This document shows, one piece after another, positions 10,200 to 21,699 of a stretch of 64,000 bases of DNA. The DNA is from an uncultured Methanomicrobiales archaeon. Its GTDB lineage: Archaea > Halobacteriota > Methanomicrobia > Methanomicrobiales > Methanospirillaceae. The notes below the pieces were generated by a model. That model was not told the DNA's origin. It saw only the letters and a list, made by a program, of their open reading frames with translations, and made no database searches. The translations under genes were made by a program, and so were the position numbers. Each line of letters begins with the position of its first letter. Positions within the stretch are counted from its first letter, which is position 1. The stretch is from NCBI GenBank assembly GCA_963697895.1, contig OY969100.1:1664001-1728000 (forward strand), written 5' to 3'.

Positions 10200-12099
10200 A
10201 TGAAGGAATCATTTGATGTTCCACTGGGCGGGGAGGGAAAGTATTACTATCCCGACTCTCGGTATAAAGAAAACGCCTGGACAAGGGATTATGATCAGGC
10301 GTACCAGGAGTTCCTGGCTGACCCTGCTTCATTCTGGGCAAAGATTGCTGATAAGCTGGATTGGTTCAAACCCTGGGATAAGGTGCTGGAATGGGATTAC
10401 CCGTACGCCAAGTGGTTCGTCAATGCAAAATTAAATATCACCCACAACTGCCTCGACCGTCAGGTGAACAATCATCGCCGGAATAAGGTGGCACTCATCT
10501 GGCGGGGCGAAGACGGGGAAGAGCGGATCTTTACGTATAACAAGCTTCAGCAGGAAGTAATGCGGTTCGCAAACGGACTGAAGAAGCTCGGGATACAAAA
10601 AGGTGATCGGGTCTGCATTTATATGCCCCTCGTGCCAGAGCAGATCATTGCCATGCTGGCATGTGCACGGATCGGTGCCGTCCATAGTGTGGTATTCGGC
10701 GGATTCGGGGTTAGCGCCCTGAATATGAGAATAAGGGACGCCGATGCAAAGGTTGTCATCACCGCTGATGTGGCAATCCGGAGAGGAAAGTCCATCCAAT
10801 TGAAAACGATTGTAGAGGAGGCGATCATCAATGCGCCAAGTGTGGAGAAGGTCGTTGTACTCCGTCGGGAACACGAGAATCCTGTTGAACTCCATAAAGA
10901 GATGGAGGTCGATTATTACGATCTGATCAAGGATGTGAGTGCGGAATGCCCTCCCGAGATCATGGATGCGGAAGACCCGCTCTTCATCCTTTATACAAGC
11001 GGATCCACCGGGGCGCCGAAGGGGATCGTTCATACCTGCGGCGGTTATATGGTCGGGACATACTATACGAGCCTCCACGTATTCGATATCAAGGACAACG
11101 ATGTATACTGGTGCACTGCCGACCCAGGATGGATCACCGGCCATAGTTATATTATCTACGGGCCGTTTGCTGTCGGAGCAACCGTGGTCATAACCGAGTC
11201 AACACCTGATTACCCGGATCCCGGCTCATTCTGGAAGATTGTTCAGGATCTTGGAGTTACCATATTCTATACGGCTCCGACGGCAATTCGCATGTTCATG
11301 AAAGTCGGGGATAAGTGGCCCGCACAATATAATCTCAAATCGCTCCGTGTCCTCGGTTCGGTCGGAGAACCACTGAACCCCGAGGCCTTCATCTGGTATC
11401 ACAAAAATATCGGCGGCGGCAGATGCCCGATTGTGGACACCTGGTGGCAGACCGAGACCGGCATGCAGATGATAACTACGATGATCGGAGAGCCTATGCG
11501 CCCCGGTTTCGCCGGAAAAGCCATTCCAGGGGTGATAGCAGATGTTGTCGATAAACAAGGTAACTCGGTCCCGCCTGGTACGGGAGGTTTCCTCGTTATC
11601 AGGCAGCCATGGCCAGCGATGCTCCGAACCGTCTATAAAAACGATGAGCGATATCGACAATACTGGAACACCATTGAGAATTGCTACACTGCCGGAGACC
11701 TCGCGGTGAGAGGAGAGGACAACTATATCATGGTGATCGGGCGGGCTGATGATATCATCATTGTTGCCGGGCATAACATCGGCACTGCCGAAGTGGAGAG
11801 CGCCCTCGTATCACATCAGGCGGTCGCTGAAGCAGCCGTTATCGGGAAACCCGATCCCGTCAAGGGGAACACAATCAAGGCCTTTGTCATACTCCGGGTG
11901 GGTTTTGCGCCAAGCGAGAAACTCAAATCGGACCTGATCTATCATGTCCGGATGACACTCGGACCGATTGCTATGCCACAGGAGATAGATTTCGTCGATA
12001 AACTCCCAAAAACGAGAAGCGGAAAGATCATGCGAAGGGTTTTAAAGGCAAAGGAGCTCAGGAATGGACCCCGGGGACGTCTCCACGCTGGAAGAATAA
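10200..12099 (+). CDS. acs: Acetyl-CoA synthetase (AMP-forming); apparent +1 indel at about 12059-12060 near the C-terminus
   Basis: [45 protein letters not shown]; removing one base gives the typical ending [17 protein letters not shown] (stop 12097-12099); likely ATG at 10200. Confidence 0.92.
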
Positions 12100-12123
12100 T
12101 CATCCATTTTTTGGGAGGTAACA

Positions 12124-13410
12124 ATGGATATTATGCCAGATCAAGCAGATATGCGCCTGTTTGGACGACCCCTCGAGCAGGGGAGATGGGGCCTGGTGAT
12201 TATAGGGTTGATCATCAATCTCTGTTTGGGCACGATCTACTCCTGGAGCGTGTTCGTCGCTCCACTGACCACGTATTTCACCGACATCCTCCATCAACAG
12301 GTGACTGCAAATGATGTACTCCTGCCCTTTTCGGTATTTCTCGCTTTTTTTGCAATTGCCATGCCACTGACAGGGAGATATATCGAGACGCATGGTCCAC
12401 GGAATATTACTATCATCGGCGGTATCCTTACGGGGCTCGGGTGGCTTCTTGCGTCGACAGTAACCTCCATCCAGATGCTCTACATCGTGTATGGAATTAT
12501 CGGGGGTATCGGTGTCGGTATCACCTATGGCGTTCCGGTGGCGGTTGCGGCGCGATGGTTCCCGGATCGCAGGGGTCTCGCGGTCGGCCTCACCGTGCTC
12601 GGGTTCGGCTTCTCTGCTTTTCTGACCGCGAACATTGCCGGATACCTGATCAGTATGTACGGGGTACTGAATACGTTTCGTATCTTCGGGATTGCATTCG
12701 TTATCCTGCTCATTCTGCTTGCGCTTCCACTCCGTTTCCCGCCTGCTGGCTGGAAACCGGCGGGATGGACACCACCAATACCAAAGCCCGGGGAGCAGGT
12801 GACATGTGAGTGTAACCGTTCGGAAATGGTCCGTACTGCTTCATTTTACGGACTCTGGATATGTTTCTTTATAGGCTGCCTTGCCGGCCTGATGGCCATT
12901 TCAATCGCCAAACCCGTCGGGACTGAAGTCGGTATCGCTGGAGGACTCGCCACTCTGCTGGTTGGTTTCTTTGCAATATTCAATGGAGCGGGAAGGCCGG
13001 TCTTTGGGGCACTAACCGACCGGATCACCCCAAGGAAGACGGTGCTCCTCTCGTTCATCCTGATCGCCTTCGCATCACTGATACTCTGGCAGGTTCCGGG
13101 GGTCCTCTCGTATATCCTCGCCTTTGCAATCCTCTGGGGGACGTTGGGCGGATGGCTCGCCATTGCCCCGACCACCACCGGAAGTTACTTTGGCACCTGT
13201 GATTATCCCCGGTGCTATGGAATAGTCTTTCTGGCCTATGGGGCAGGAGCGATCGCCGGCCCGCAACTTGCCGGCTTCATCAAGACAACGTCCGGAAATT
13301 ACAGCGGAGTATTCCCGTACGTGTTTATCCTCGCGATTATCGGTCTTATCGTTGCGTTTGGACTGGTGAGAACCCCGAGAACAATTCAGAAAACGGAAAA
13401 AATCCCATAA
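12124..13410 (+). CDS. MFS transporter, oxalate/formate antiporter (OFA) family
   Basis: 12-TM pattern, [39 protein letters not shown]; GGAGGT RBS upstream. Confidence 0.88.
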   Translation: MDIMPDQADMRLFGRPLEQGRWGLVIIGLIINLCLGTIYSWSVFVAPLTTYFTDILHQQVTANDVLLPFSVFLAFFAIAMPLTGRYIETHGPRNITIIGGILTGLGWLLASTVTSIQMLYIVYGIIGGIGVGITYGVPVAVAARWFPDRRGLAVGLTVLGFGFSAFLTANIAGYLISMYGVLNTFRIFGIAFVILLILLALPLRFPPAGWKPAGWTPPIPKPGEQVTCECNRSEMVRTASFYGLWICFFIGCLAGLMAISIAKPVGTEVGIAGGLATLLVGFFAIFNGAGRPVFGALTDRITPRKTVLLSFILIAFASLILWQVPGVLSYILAFAILWGTLGGWLAIAPTTTGSYFGTCDYPRCYGIVFLAYGAGAIAGPQLAGFIKTTSGNYSGVFPYVFILAIIGLIVAFGLVRTPRTIQKTEKIP

Positions 13411-13553
13411 TTTTATGGAAATCGGACACTCTGGTTTGAATATGGCTGCACGATCTCGCGGAACCGCTGAAGCTGCAAGGAACGGGGATACAGGATCTTC
13501 CTGTTCCTTATATATGGCATTTTTTTTAGCTTTTTATGTGCATTAGCCGATAA

Positions 13554-14660
13554 TCAAGTCCGTTCGGGATGCAATAGTCGTTTATGCTGAGCGATTCGAT
13601 ACCCCGAAATTACCGAGATGTAGTCGCCAAATGTGTGATCCAGATCCGGATCTCCGGTGTCGACGAAGAGAGCCGCAGTCTGGGAAAGTTTGTATGGAGT
13701 CGCTACAACGATTATATGCTTAATTCCTATTTGTTTCAGCACTTCCGGGCTTACCTGTTGTGTTCCCCGTCCAAGGACAAAACCCTGGGCCCCGATCGGG
13801 CTGATGATCAGCCAGACACGCTCCCCGGAGGAGGTGAAAGCAAGGATATCCTTCTCGTCCAGGTCAGCCCCGATGAGCAGTCCATCCCGGACTGCATCAA
13901 ATCCAAGCAGAGTCTTCTTAATCCCCTGTCGCTCAGCGATATGCCGTGTGGTTGTCCCCGGTCCCAGGATGTATATGCTCCCTGATTGCATCAGTTCATC
14001 GATAAAGCGAGCGATCTCTTCTTTTGCCCGTTCTTCATCGGGATCCTCATAGACCCGTTTTGCTCCCTGCAGCATCTCCGGGATATAGGGGACCCGGGCA
14101 TACCCGTACAGACGGGTCCGGAGTTCTCCCCGACGGTACGCATCCTCATCGACATCGACCACCTCAGACTCCCTGAATTTTATCTGGTCATTCCTCATAA
14201 GAATCTCCCCGGCTGCAGTTGGGTTCACTGCAAAAACTGCAGAATACATTTTGACACCTGCCGGGATTCCCAGAATCGGCACCCGGTCCCCGATACTATC
14301 GAAGACATCACGTGCAGTACCGTCTCCCCCGCAAAAAAGGATCAGGTCGACACCATATTCAAGGAACCTTCGGCAGGCCTCCTTTGTGTCGTTTGCCGTG
14401 CTCTCTCCGGAATACTGATAGAGCACAGAGTACCGTGAGATCCCCGATTCGATGAGAATATTCTCTCCCATTTCGGCTGAACAGGTGAGAAAAAGAAACA
14501 GCCGGGAGCGTAGAATCTCCAAAGTTTGCAGCGCCCGCGCCCCGGATATCGGACGGGCGCCTCGCATGAGCGCTTCCCCGGCCATATCATCCGTGCCCTT
14601 CAGGCCAACCCGGCCGCCCATTCCGGCAACGGGATTAACAAGGAACCCGATTCGATTCAT
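13554..14660 (-). CDS. ATP-NAD kinase family protein (AcoX-like)
   Basis: NPVAGMGG..GLKGTD, GGDGTARD, GIPAGVKMYSAVF, GQGF.LGRG.QQ-like motif. Confidence 0.85.
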   Translation of the reverse strand: MNRIGFLVNPVAGMGGRVGLKGTDDMAGEALMRGARPISGARALQTLEILRSRLFLFLTCSAEMGENILIESGISRYSVLYQYSGESTANDTKEACRRFLEYGVDLILFCGGDGTARDVFDSIGDRVPILGIPAGVKMYSAVFAVNPTAAGEILMRNDQIKFRESEVVDVDEDAYRRGELRTRLYGYARVPYIPEMLQGAKRVYEDPDEERAKEEIARFIDELMQSGSIYILGPGTTTRHIAERQGIKKTLLGFDAVRDGLLIGADLDEKDILAFTSSGERVWLIISPIGAQGFVLGRGTQQVSPEVLKQIGIKHIIVVATPYKLSQTAALFVDTGDPDLDHTFGDYISVISGYRIAQHKRLLHPERT

Positions 14661-14678
14661 GCAGGAAAAATGGATGGT

Positions 14679-16037
14679 TCAGGGAATCTGGGGCAGATGA
14701 GAGAGAGACTCCCGGATAAGTTCGGCGGGATACTCATAATCCACCAGCTTCCCGGCGTAAAATGCGTCGTATGATGACATGTCAAAGTCTCCATGGCCCG
14801 AATTATTGAACAGAATCGTCTTTGCTTCTCCGGTTTCCCTGCACCGGATCGCTTCATCGATGGCCGCTTTAACCGCGTGAGCTGATTCGGGGGCAACTAT
14901 GAATCCCTCAGTCCGTGCAAATGTCTGCGCGGCCTGGAAGACTTCGGTCTGATAACATGATGTGGCACGTATCACGCCGTCGTGCACAAGCCGTGAGACG
15001 AGAGGGGAATCTCCATGATATCTCAATCCTCCGGCATGTATGGCCGGAGGGACAAAGTCGTGCCCGAGGGTATACATCTTCAGGATAGGTGCCAGCCCGG
15101 CTTCGTCACCGAAGTCATAGGCATACACCCCTTTGGTCAGAGTGGGGCATGCAGCCGGCTCAACCGCGATGATTTCAACATCGGGATGACGGCCTTTCAG
15201 CTTGTCTCCCGCGAATGGGAATGAGATACCAGCAAAATTTGAGCCTCCACCTACACATCCGATGACAATATCGGGATATTCATCCACCATTGCGAGCTGT
15301 TCACGGGCCTCTTGACCGATGATCGTCTGGTGGAGACAGACATGATTCAGCACGGAACCAAGGGAGTAATTCGTATCGGAGTGGGTAGCTGCATCCTCAA
15401 CTGCTTCGGATATGGCAATTCCGAGGCTGCCCGGGGTATCCGGGTCCTTCTCGAGCATGGCTTTCCCGGATGCCGTCTTGGTCGACGGGCTCGGAATGCA
15501 TTCCGCTCCCCATACCTGCATCATGCTCTTCCGGTAGGGTTTCTGCATATAACTGGAGCGAACCATGTAAACCGTACATTTCAACCCGTAGTGCTGTGTT
15601 GCAAAGGCAAGGGCCGAGCCCCACTGTCCTGCACCCGTTTCAGTTGCAATTCGTTCAATACCCTCTTCTCTGTTATAGTACGCCTGGGGAACTGCGGTAT
15701 TCGGTTTGTGACTCCCTGCCGGACTTACTCCCTCCCACTTGTAGAATATCTTGGCCGGGGTCTTCAGGAAGCGTTCCAGACGTCTCGCCCTGTATAGCGG
15801 ACTCGGTCTCCAGAAGTGTAGCACATCCTGCACCTCATCAGGTATATCGATATATCGCTGGTTACTGACTTCCTGCATAATCAGTTCCATCGGGAAGATT
15901 GCCTTTAAATCATCAGGTGTAACCGGTTTTTTGGTCTGTGGGTGGAGCGGCGGATCGAGCGGACTCGGAAGATCGGCCTGAATATTATACCATTTCCTTG
16001 GCATCTGCTCTTCGTCAAGGAGAATCTTCGTCTGCAT
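14679..16037 (-). CDS. trpB2: Tryptophan synthase beta chain-like protein TrpB2
   Basis: [16 protein letters not shown] (PLP Lys), [26 protein letters not shown]; stand-alone gene. Confidence 0.92.
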   Translation of the reverse strand: MQTKILLDEEQMPRKWYNIQADLPSPLDPPLHPQTKKPVTPDDLKAIFPMELIMQEVSNQRYIDIPDEVQDVLHFWRPSPLYRARRLERFLKTPAKIFYKWEGVSPAGSHKPNTAVPQAYYNREEGIERIATETGAGQWGSALAFATQHYGLKCTVYMVRSSYMQKPYRKSMMQVWGAECIPSPSTKTASGKAMLEKDPDTPGSLGIAISEAVEDAATHSDTNYSLGSVLNHVCLHQTIIGQEAREQLAMVDEYPDIVIGCVGGGSNFAGISFPFAGDKLKGRHPDVEIIAVEPAACPTLTKGVYAYDFGDEAGLAPILKMYTLGHDFVPPAIHAGGLRYHGDSPLVSRLVHDGVIRATSCYQTEVFQAAQTFARTEGFIVAPESAHAVKAAIDEAIRCRETGEAKTILFNNSGHGDFDMSSYDAFYAGKLVDYEYPAELIRESLSHLPQIP

Positions 16038-16049
16038 AACCCCATGTTT

Positions 16050-16109
16050 TGTATTGTATCATTATATACATTATGGAACAAAATTGTTGATTGATGTATA
16101 TAGTGTATT
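16050..16109. promoter_or_regulatory. Inverted repeat with TRP-box-like hexamers upstream of trpB2
   Basis: TATATACAT (16063-16071) and ATGTATATA (16094-16102) form an inverted pair; additional TGTATT/TGTATC hexamers at 16050, 16055 and 16104. Confidence 0.4.
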
Positions 16110-16242
16110 TCCAGATAAGGTTTCAATGGGGAATTCGCCCTCTTTTCCATAAACATTCGTTTCTGGTAATACCCATAGATGGCCTTCTGATTTTTAACAG
16201 GCCAGCGAAAACGAAGCCCTTGGGATAGGATATTTTCCCCCA

Positions 16243-16740
16243 TCAGAGCAGACTAACTTTCAGCTCCCCTCGTATCGTATCAAATACGGCGACTGTTGAC
16301 ATCCCGGTAAGGTATCCGCATATCTCCCCGGGGTTTGCCACGAGGGTCTTCCCTTCTCTTTCAGACATGGGGCGATGCGTATGTCCACAGACTATAAGAT
16401 CGAAATATCCTGATGCACGAAGACTCCTGAGCAGGGATTCCTCATGACCATGGAGCAGACCTATACGGAGTGAATCAGCCGATAATTCTACGAAATTGCC
16501 GCGGATTTCTATTCCAATCTCCTGATCACTCCGGGTTATGAGCATCTCACGATCTCCGTCATTATTACCAAACACCCCGATCATCGGTGCCTTCAGACCA
16601 CCAAGAACGGGTATTACAAACGGCGAGACATAATCCCCGGTATGCAATACGAGCTCTGCCTTTTGCTCGTTCATAAAAGAGACTGCTTCCCGTGTTTTCG
16701 GAAGGTTATCGTGGGAGTCCCCCATAAGACCGATCAACAT
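16243..16740 (-). CDS. Metallophosphoesterase, YfcE/MJ0936 family
   Basis: GDSHDN, HTGD, GNND, HGH, GHTH, NPG motifs. Confidence 0.9.
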   Translation of the reverse strand: MLIGLMGDSHDNLPKTREAVSFMNEQKAELVLHTGDYVSPFVIPVLGGLKAPMIGVFGNNDGDREMLITRSDQEIGIEIRGNFVELSADSLRIGLLHGHEESLLRSLRASGYFDLIVCGHTHRPMSEREGKTLVANPGEICGYLTGMSTVAVFDTIRGELKVSLL

Positions 16741-16823
16741 AATTCATCGAATACATTATATGAACCGGGATCGTGATATAGGGGGGATATCAGTCAAACT
16801 AAGGCCGGTAACATTCTTGCACC

Positions 16824-17730
16824 TCAACCCTCTTTCTCGAGGATCTTTTGAAGGATCTCCGCCATTCTCTGCTCGCTTCATCAACCGGCACCAGTTCAAT
16901 ATCATCTGGAGAAGAAACACCAATCCCCATTTCCACCGCTCGGGCAATTTGTTCGAGTCCCATGATGCGGCCCTGCGTAACCTCCGGGGTTGATCCGAAA
17001 TGTCTCAGGATTGCAACGGAGACAACATCGATCGCAACCCGGTCATTGGCTGCGAGGAGAATGTGTGGGAATATACGTTCGCCGCGCTCCGGACCCCCAT
17101 AACTGAATCCCTCGATCGCATCCATTAACACAAGATCAACGGGATAGAACTGATTGATCTCCGCGATCATCAGCCGTTGATAGGGGGATCCATGAAGATT
17201 ATACATGAAATCATTGGATATGCCCAGTACCCGTTTTGCGACCAGACCTACGGAATTTTTAAGAGAGAGGGTGAAGTACCCTCCAAACCGGTGAGTTTTC
17301 AAACAACACGTCTGCAGCACCGGGTAACCGGAGAAGAGCTGGGCCGGGAGAAAAAGGCCTTCAGGCCAGTGTGATTCGGGGCCGGAATAAACCGCCACTC
17401 ACCCGCGGGAAGTTCATCGAGGACGGATACCGAGAATTTTAGTTCTTTCGCGAGTTTCATTACGCCGAGACCTTCAAGAACCCGACGGGTGTCCCCCATG
17501 CCACTCCGCTCCAGCAGCCGGATCTCCCTGCCGCCGGAGCGATGAATCTCTGTGACCACCGCCCGGAGTGTGTCGATATGGGTGGAGCCTGGGAAGGGGT
17601 CCGCACTATTGAAATTTGCTTTAAGAATACTGTCTTTTTCTGAAAATTTTGACATATCGCAGGCAGTCATGAGGGAACGGATGCCATACATCCGGTCTTT
17701 CGTGGAAACGAGAAATACCTTAGAAATCAT
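16824..17730 (-). CDS. DUF362-family (putative Fe-S) protein, split by apparent frameshifts at about 17380 and about 16865
   Basis: N-part LKANFNSADPFPGSTH...ERSGMG (ORF 17299-17802) continues in another frame as SHWPEG...CCLKTHRFGG.FT.SLKNSVG...DRVAID (ORF 16799-17398); a third frame gives ...AEILQKILEKEG*. Confidence 0.72.
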
Positions 17731-17924
17731 GGACTCCCTTCCATAATCTACGAAGACGTCCTGCGATAAAGAATATCTGCCGGGTATACGTTTCAATATC
17801 ACCCAACTCCCCGGCAGGGAACCTGGTCATGTATAACCGAAATATTTCAATTTCTGAAAGGAGAGAGATACGGATACTTTTAAATAAGTGAATGATACCC
17901 CATTAAGCATAGACAGGTGTTTGA

Positions 17925-19499
17925 ATGAAAAAATCCTTATTTTTCCTAGCGGTTGCGTTCATCGTAATTGCCGCTTTCTCCGGGGTGGTTTCCGCCCAGG
18001 GAACTCCCTCGCTCGGGGGGGAAGTTGGTTATTTCGCGATCACAACAGTCCCTTCGGGAGCGGACGTGTACTTCGATGATCAGTATCAGGGATTGTCACC
18101 GGTCACGGTTCAGGTATTCAGTACAGGGAACCCCAGCCATGATCTGCGGGTCCAGAAAGCAGGTTTTGAACCCGTGGAAGAGGTACTGAACCAGAACCCG
18201 GCAGCAGGAGAGACGATTCCAATAAATATTGCATTGACGCCGATTCCCACAATTTTGCCCACCACTTCGCCGCCGGGATCGCAATTCGGGTACTACCGGA
18301 TCGTGAGTGTTCCGGCGGGGGGAAATGTGTTGTTCGATGGAGTATCCTATGGAGCCGCACCGGTCTCGGTCCAGGTGTACACCACGGCAACTCCCCAGCA
18401 CACCCTTATAGTTACCCTATCCGGGTACCAGCAATACACGCAGCAAATCGCTGGAAACCCAACCAGTGGCCAGGTTATCACGGTTACCGCGACCTTGACC
18501 CCCATTCAGTCGACCGGTAACATCTATGTCAACTCGAATCCATCGGGGGCCACTGCGTACCTTGATGGTGCTGCCAGCCAGAGGACTCCCTCAACGTTTT
18601 ATGGAGTGAAGGCCGGCTCCCATACGCTCCAGATAGTGTATTCCGGGTATCAGGACTACTGGACCTATCCTGTTGTGACCCCTGGTCAGACAACGAATGT
18701 CTTTGCAACCCTGGTGCCCCTACAGAATACCGGTTCACTCAGCGTCCAGTCGACGCCGAGTGGGGCCGGGCTCTACGTGGACAGCGGATATCGGGGGGAA
18801 ACTCCACAAACGATCGGCAACCTGGTTCAGGGAAGCCATAACGTGTTACTCCGGCTGGCAGGTTATCAGGACTACGTAACCACGGTATCGATAACCGCAG
18901 GGCAGACAACAAGGATTTCGCCTGTCCTCCAGCCGATTGTAAACCCATCGGTCGGGTATATTTTAGTCAGCTCGACACCACCCGGTGCATCCATTTATCT
19001 TGATGGTGTGTATCAGGGTCAGACTTCGGCCGGGAACCAGTATGATATCACGGGTGTTACACCCGGGGCCCATTCGATCCTGCTCCGGCTGAGCGGGTAT
19101 CAGGATTATGCCGATACCATCACGATATCGGCCGGGCAGATCGTTACGGTGAATCCGACACTCGTCCCTCTGGTAAAACCGCCATCCACAGGAAGCGTCC
19201 AGATCAGTTCATCGCCATCGGGTGCAGAGGCCTATCTGGATAATGTGTTCCAGGGGTACACACCGCTTACCCTCCAGAATGTAGCCGTGGGTTCTCATGT
19301 TGTCACACTCAAACTCGCAGGATATAACGACTTCCAGACGACTATACAAGTGACGGCGGGACAGATCACCCAGTTGACACCCACACTGACTCCGGTTTCG
19401 ACGGCAACTCCCACACCTACCCAGTCGGGAAGCATTCCGATTGCAGTTCTCGGGGCACTGGTCTCTCTCGGGATCTTCACGTGGCGAAAGAGGCAGTAA
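17925..19499 (+). CDS. PEGA-domain repeat cell-surface protein with C-terminal membrane anchor
   Basis: Signal peptide, about six PEGA repeats (V.S.P.GA.VYLDG.YQG.TP), Thr/Pro linker, TM helix and basic tail RKRQ. Confidence 0.88.
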   Translation: MKKSLFFLAVAFIVIAAFSGVVSAQGTPSLGGEVGYFAITTVPSGADVYFDDQYQGLSPVTVQVFSTGNPSHDLRVQKAGFEPVEEVLNQNPAAGETIPINIALTPIPTILPTTSPPGSQFGYYRIVSVPAGGNVLFDGVSYGAAPVSVQVYTTATPQHTLIVTLSGYQQYTQQIAGNPTSGQVITVTATLTPIQSTGNIYVNSNPSGATAYLDGAASQRTPSTFYGVKAGSHTLQIVYSGYQDYWTYPVVTPGQTTNVFATLVPLQNTGSLSVQSTPSGAGLYVDSGYRGETPQTIGNLVQGSHNVLLRLAGYQDYVTTVSITAGQTTRISPVLQPIVNPSVGYILVSSTPPGASIYLDGVYQGQTSAGNQYDITGVTPGAHSILLRLSGYQDYADTITISAGQIVTVNPTLVPLVKPPSTGSVQISSSPSGAEAYLDNVFQGYTPLTLQNVAVGSHVVTLKLAGYNDFQTTIQVTAGQITQLTPTLTPVSTATPTPTQSGSIPIAVLGALVSLGIFTWRKRQ

Positions 19500-19508
19500 C
19501 AGGATTCC

Positions 19509-19517
19509 TTTTTTTTT
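19509..19517 (+). terminator. Putative oligo-T terminator
   Basis: T9 run 10 nt after the PEGA gene stop. Confidence 0.45.
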
Positions 19518-19635
19518 CTTGGTATTTATTCTTCCATTCCTGTTCGTTTATACCGGGTTTGACCTGTGTTCCTAATGCGCTGGCCTTCCCTTTCAGAGAG
19601 CGGTGTTGATATAGCTGATTGGCTATTCTACTGAT

Positions 19636-21066
19636 ATGCAGATGCATATCGGAGGAAAAGATGTCGATGCCGCGAAACATGGCTGGATCACAGTCACCAA
19701 CCCAGCTTCCGGCGATCCGGTCGATAAAGTCCCTGATGGAACTTCAGATGATGTCGAGCAGGCTGTTGCGGCCGCGGAGCATGCGTTCCACGACTGGGCC
19801 GGTAGAACCCCGAGGGAAAGGGGAATTATCCTCATGCATGCGGCGGAAGGTGTTCGCTCCGAATATCAGGAAATCGCCAGGCTTCTTTCCACCGAGCAGG
19901 GAAAACCGCTGAAAGAGGCAATGGACGAAGTTCGTGGATTCGCAAATGTCCTGGAATTTTATGCATCGATTGCCGGTCACCTGATCGGTCAGGCGGTTCC
20001 TCTTGGTTCAACCGGGGATCTCATCGTCGCCCGGGAACCACTTGGCGTATGTGGTGCGATTATTCCCTGGAACATGCCTGCCATTATCATGGGATGGAAA
20101 TGCGGACCCGCTCTCCTTTCCGGCAATACAATCGTCCTCAAACCCGCTTCCACCACTCCCCTCGCGAACCTCCGCCTGGCTCAGGTGATGGAGCGCTCCG
20201 GCCTCCCGGCGGGAGTCCTCAACCTGGTGACCGGACGTGGTGAGACGGTCGGAGAGGCGATCGTAAAACATCCCGTGATCCGCAAAGTATCGTTTACCGG
20301 AAGCACGGAGACGGGTCGATGGGTTAGTGAATATGCAGGAAAACACCTGAAAGAAGTGACCCTCGAACTGGGGGGGTCTGACCCGATGATAGTCTGGAGA
20401 GATGCACCATTGGAGAAGGCGGTGGATGGGGCTGTCCGGGGAAGATTCTACAATGCAGGGCAGACCTGTACGGCGGTAAAGCGTCTTTATCTTCACGAAG
20501 ATATTGCTGATCACTTCATCTCCCTGCTGACATCGCGGGTCAGTGGACTCATTGTGGGAGACGGGCTCCAGCCAGGAGTGGACATGGGCCCTCTTCACAC
20601 GCGGGCGCAGCGTGATCAAATGGCAGAACTTGTGGAATCGGTGAGAAATAACGAGAGAGGATCTATCCTCACCGGCGGAACTATCCCGCGCGGGGCGGGA
20701 AAAAGCAAAGGTAATTTCTATGCCCCGACACTCATCTCCGATCCCCCTTCCGGTTCGCCTCTTCTCTGCGAGGAAGTATTCGGTCCGGTGCTCCCTATTC
20801 TCACTATATCTGATCTGCCCTCTGCAATACAGTCCGCGAATAATTCCCGGTTCGGGCTGGGAGCGTCGATCTGGACAAAGGATATTGACATAGTGAGAGC
20901 AGTGTTCAGTGGGGTCCGTTCAGGAGTCTGCTGGGTGAACCGTCATATGAGCCTCCCACCCGATGTACCGTTCGGCGGTGTTAAGGAAAGCGGTATAGGC
21001 CGGGAAAACGGGATTGATGCGTGCCTCTCTTATACCCGGACGAGGAGCCTGATTCTCGCGCGGTAG
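19636..21066 (+). CDS. NAD(P)-dependent aldehyde dehydrogenase
   Basis: IIPWN.P, FTGS, LELGG, NAGQTCTA (catalytic Cys), EEVFGP, PFGGVKESG. Confidence 0.93.
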   Translation: MQMHIGGKDVDAAKHGWITVTNPASGDPVDKVPDGTSDDVEQAVAAAEHAFHDWAGRTPRERGIILMHAAEGVRSEYQEIARLLSTEQGKPLKEAMDEVRGFANVLEFYASIAGHLIGQAVPLGSTGDLIVAREPLGVCGAIIPWNMPAIIMGWKCGPALLSGNTIVLKPASTTPLANLRLAQVMERSGLPAGVLNLVTGRGETVGEAIVKHPVIRKVSFTGSTETGRWVSEYAGKHLKEVTLELGGSDPMIVWRDAPLEKAVDGAVRGRFYNAGQTCTAVKRLYLHEDIADHFISLLTSRVSGLIVGDGLQPGVDMGPLHTRAQRDQMAELVESVRNNERGSILTGGTIPRGAGKSKGNFYAPTLISDPPSGSPLLCEEVFGPVLPILTISDLPSAIQSANNSRFGLGASIWTKDIDIVRAVFSGVRSGVCWVNRHMSLPPDVPFGGVKESGIGRENGIDACLSYTRTRSLILAR

Positions 21067-21266
21067 CCCTCAGCCCGATTCGTGTAGCATCAGGGTTCTG
21101 TGTCAGGGGTCCGATGACCATCCCTCCACCACCTTAAGACACCATCCCGGCGTTCATGATGTTATATTCCTATTTCCGGATGAAATAAGTGAAACCAGAT
21201 CGCCCGGTGAAAAAACGACACGGAAAATTCTTATAATGATGCTGCCTATGTTCTCCGCGTGATACT

Positions 21267-21680
21267 ATGTCCGGTGAAGAAATGTTAAAGATGACAGCAG
21301 ATGAGCTGGAGCAGTTACTCACCCCGGCACATGTTATGGGAGAGGCAGTCGATCTCGGTGATAAATCGGTCATCCCGGTGGTCGAGTTCGGCTTCGGTTT
21401 TGGCGCCGGGTACGGGAGAGGAAAAGATCCCGGGCGAAACAGGGAAGGAGAGGGTGGGGGGAGTGGGGCCGGGGGAGGAATCTCTCCGGTGGCACTGGTC
21501 ATTGTCCATAAAGACCGGTCAGGACCTGAAGGGATACAGGTTCTTTCGCTTCGGAAGGACAACCCGGTCGCTCAGGTGATCTCGGCATTGAGCGAATCCC
21601 TCGCCCCCCAGGTGATAGAAGCGATGAAATCGATGAAGGGTGGCCGGAAGAGACGGGAAGGACCCACTGAAGAAGGATAA
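21267..21680 (+). CDS. YtfJ/GerW-family protein
   Basis: VMGEAV...VIPV...FGFGAG.G...GSGAGGGISPVALVIV. Confidence 0.8.
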   Translation: MSGEEMLKMTADELEQLLTPAHVMGEAVDLGDKSVIPVVEFGFGFGAGYGRGKDPGRNREGEGGGSGAGGGISPVALVIVHKDRSGPEGIQVLSLRKDNPVAQVISALSESLAPQVIEAMKSMKGGRKRREGPTEEG

Positions 21681-21699
21681 TTTCGACCCGAATCTTTTC

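Noticed and set aside
12060-12314. C-terminal extension of Acs (729-aa ORF) overlapping the MFS gene
   Set aside because: The canonical Acs ending lies in the adjacent frame with a stop at 12099, so the extension results from a one-base indel
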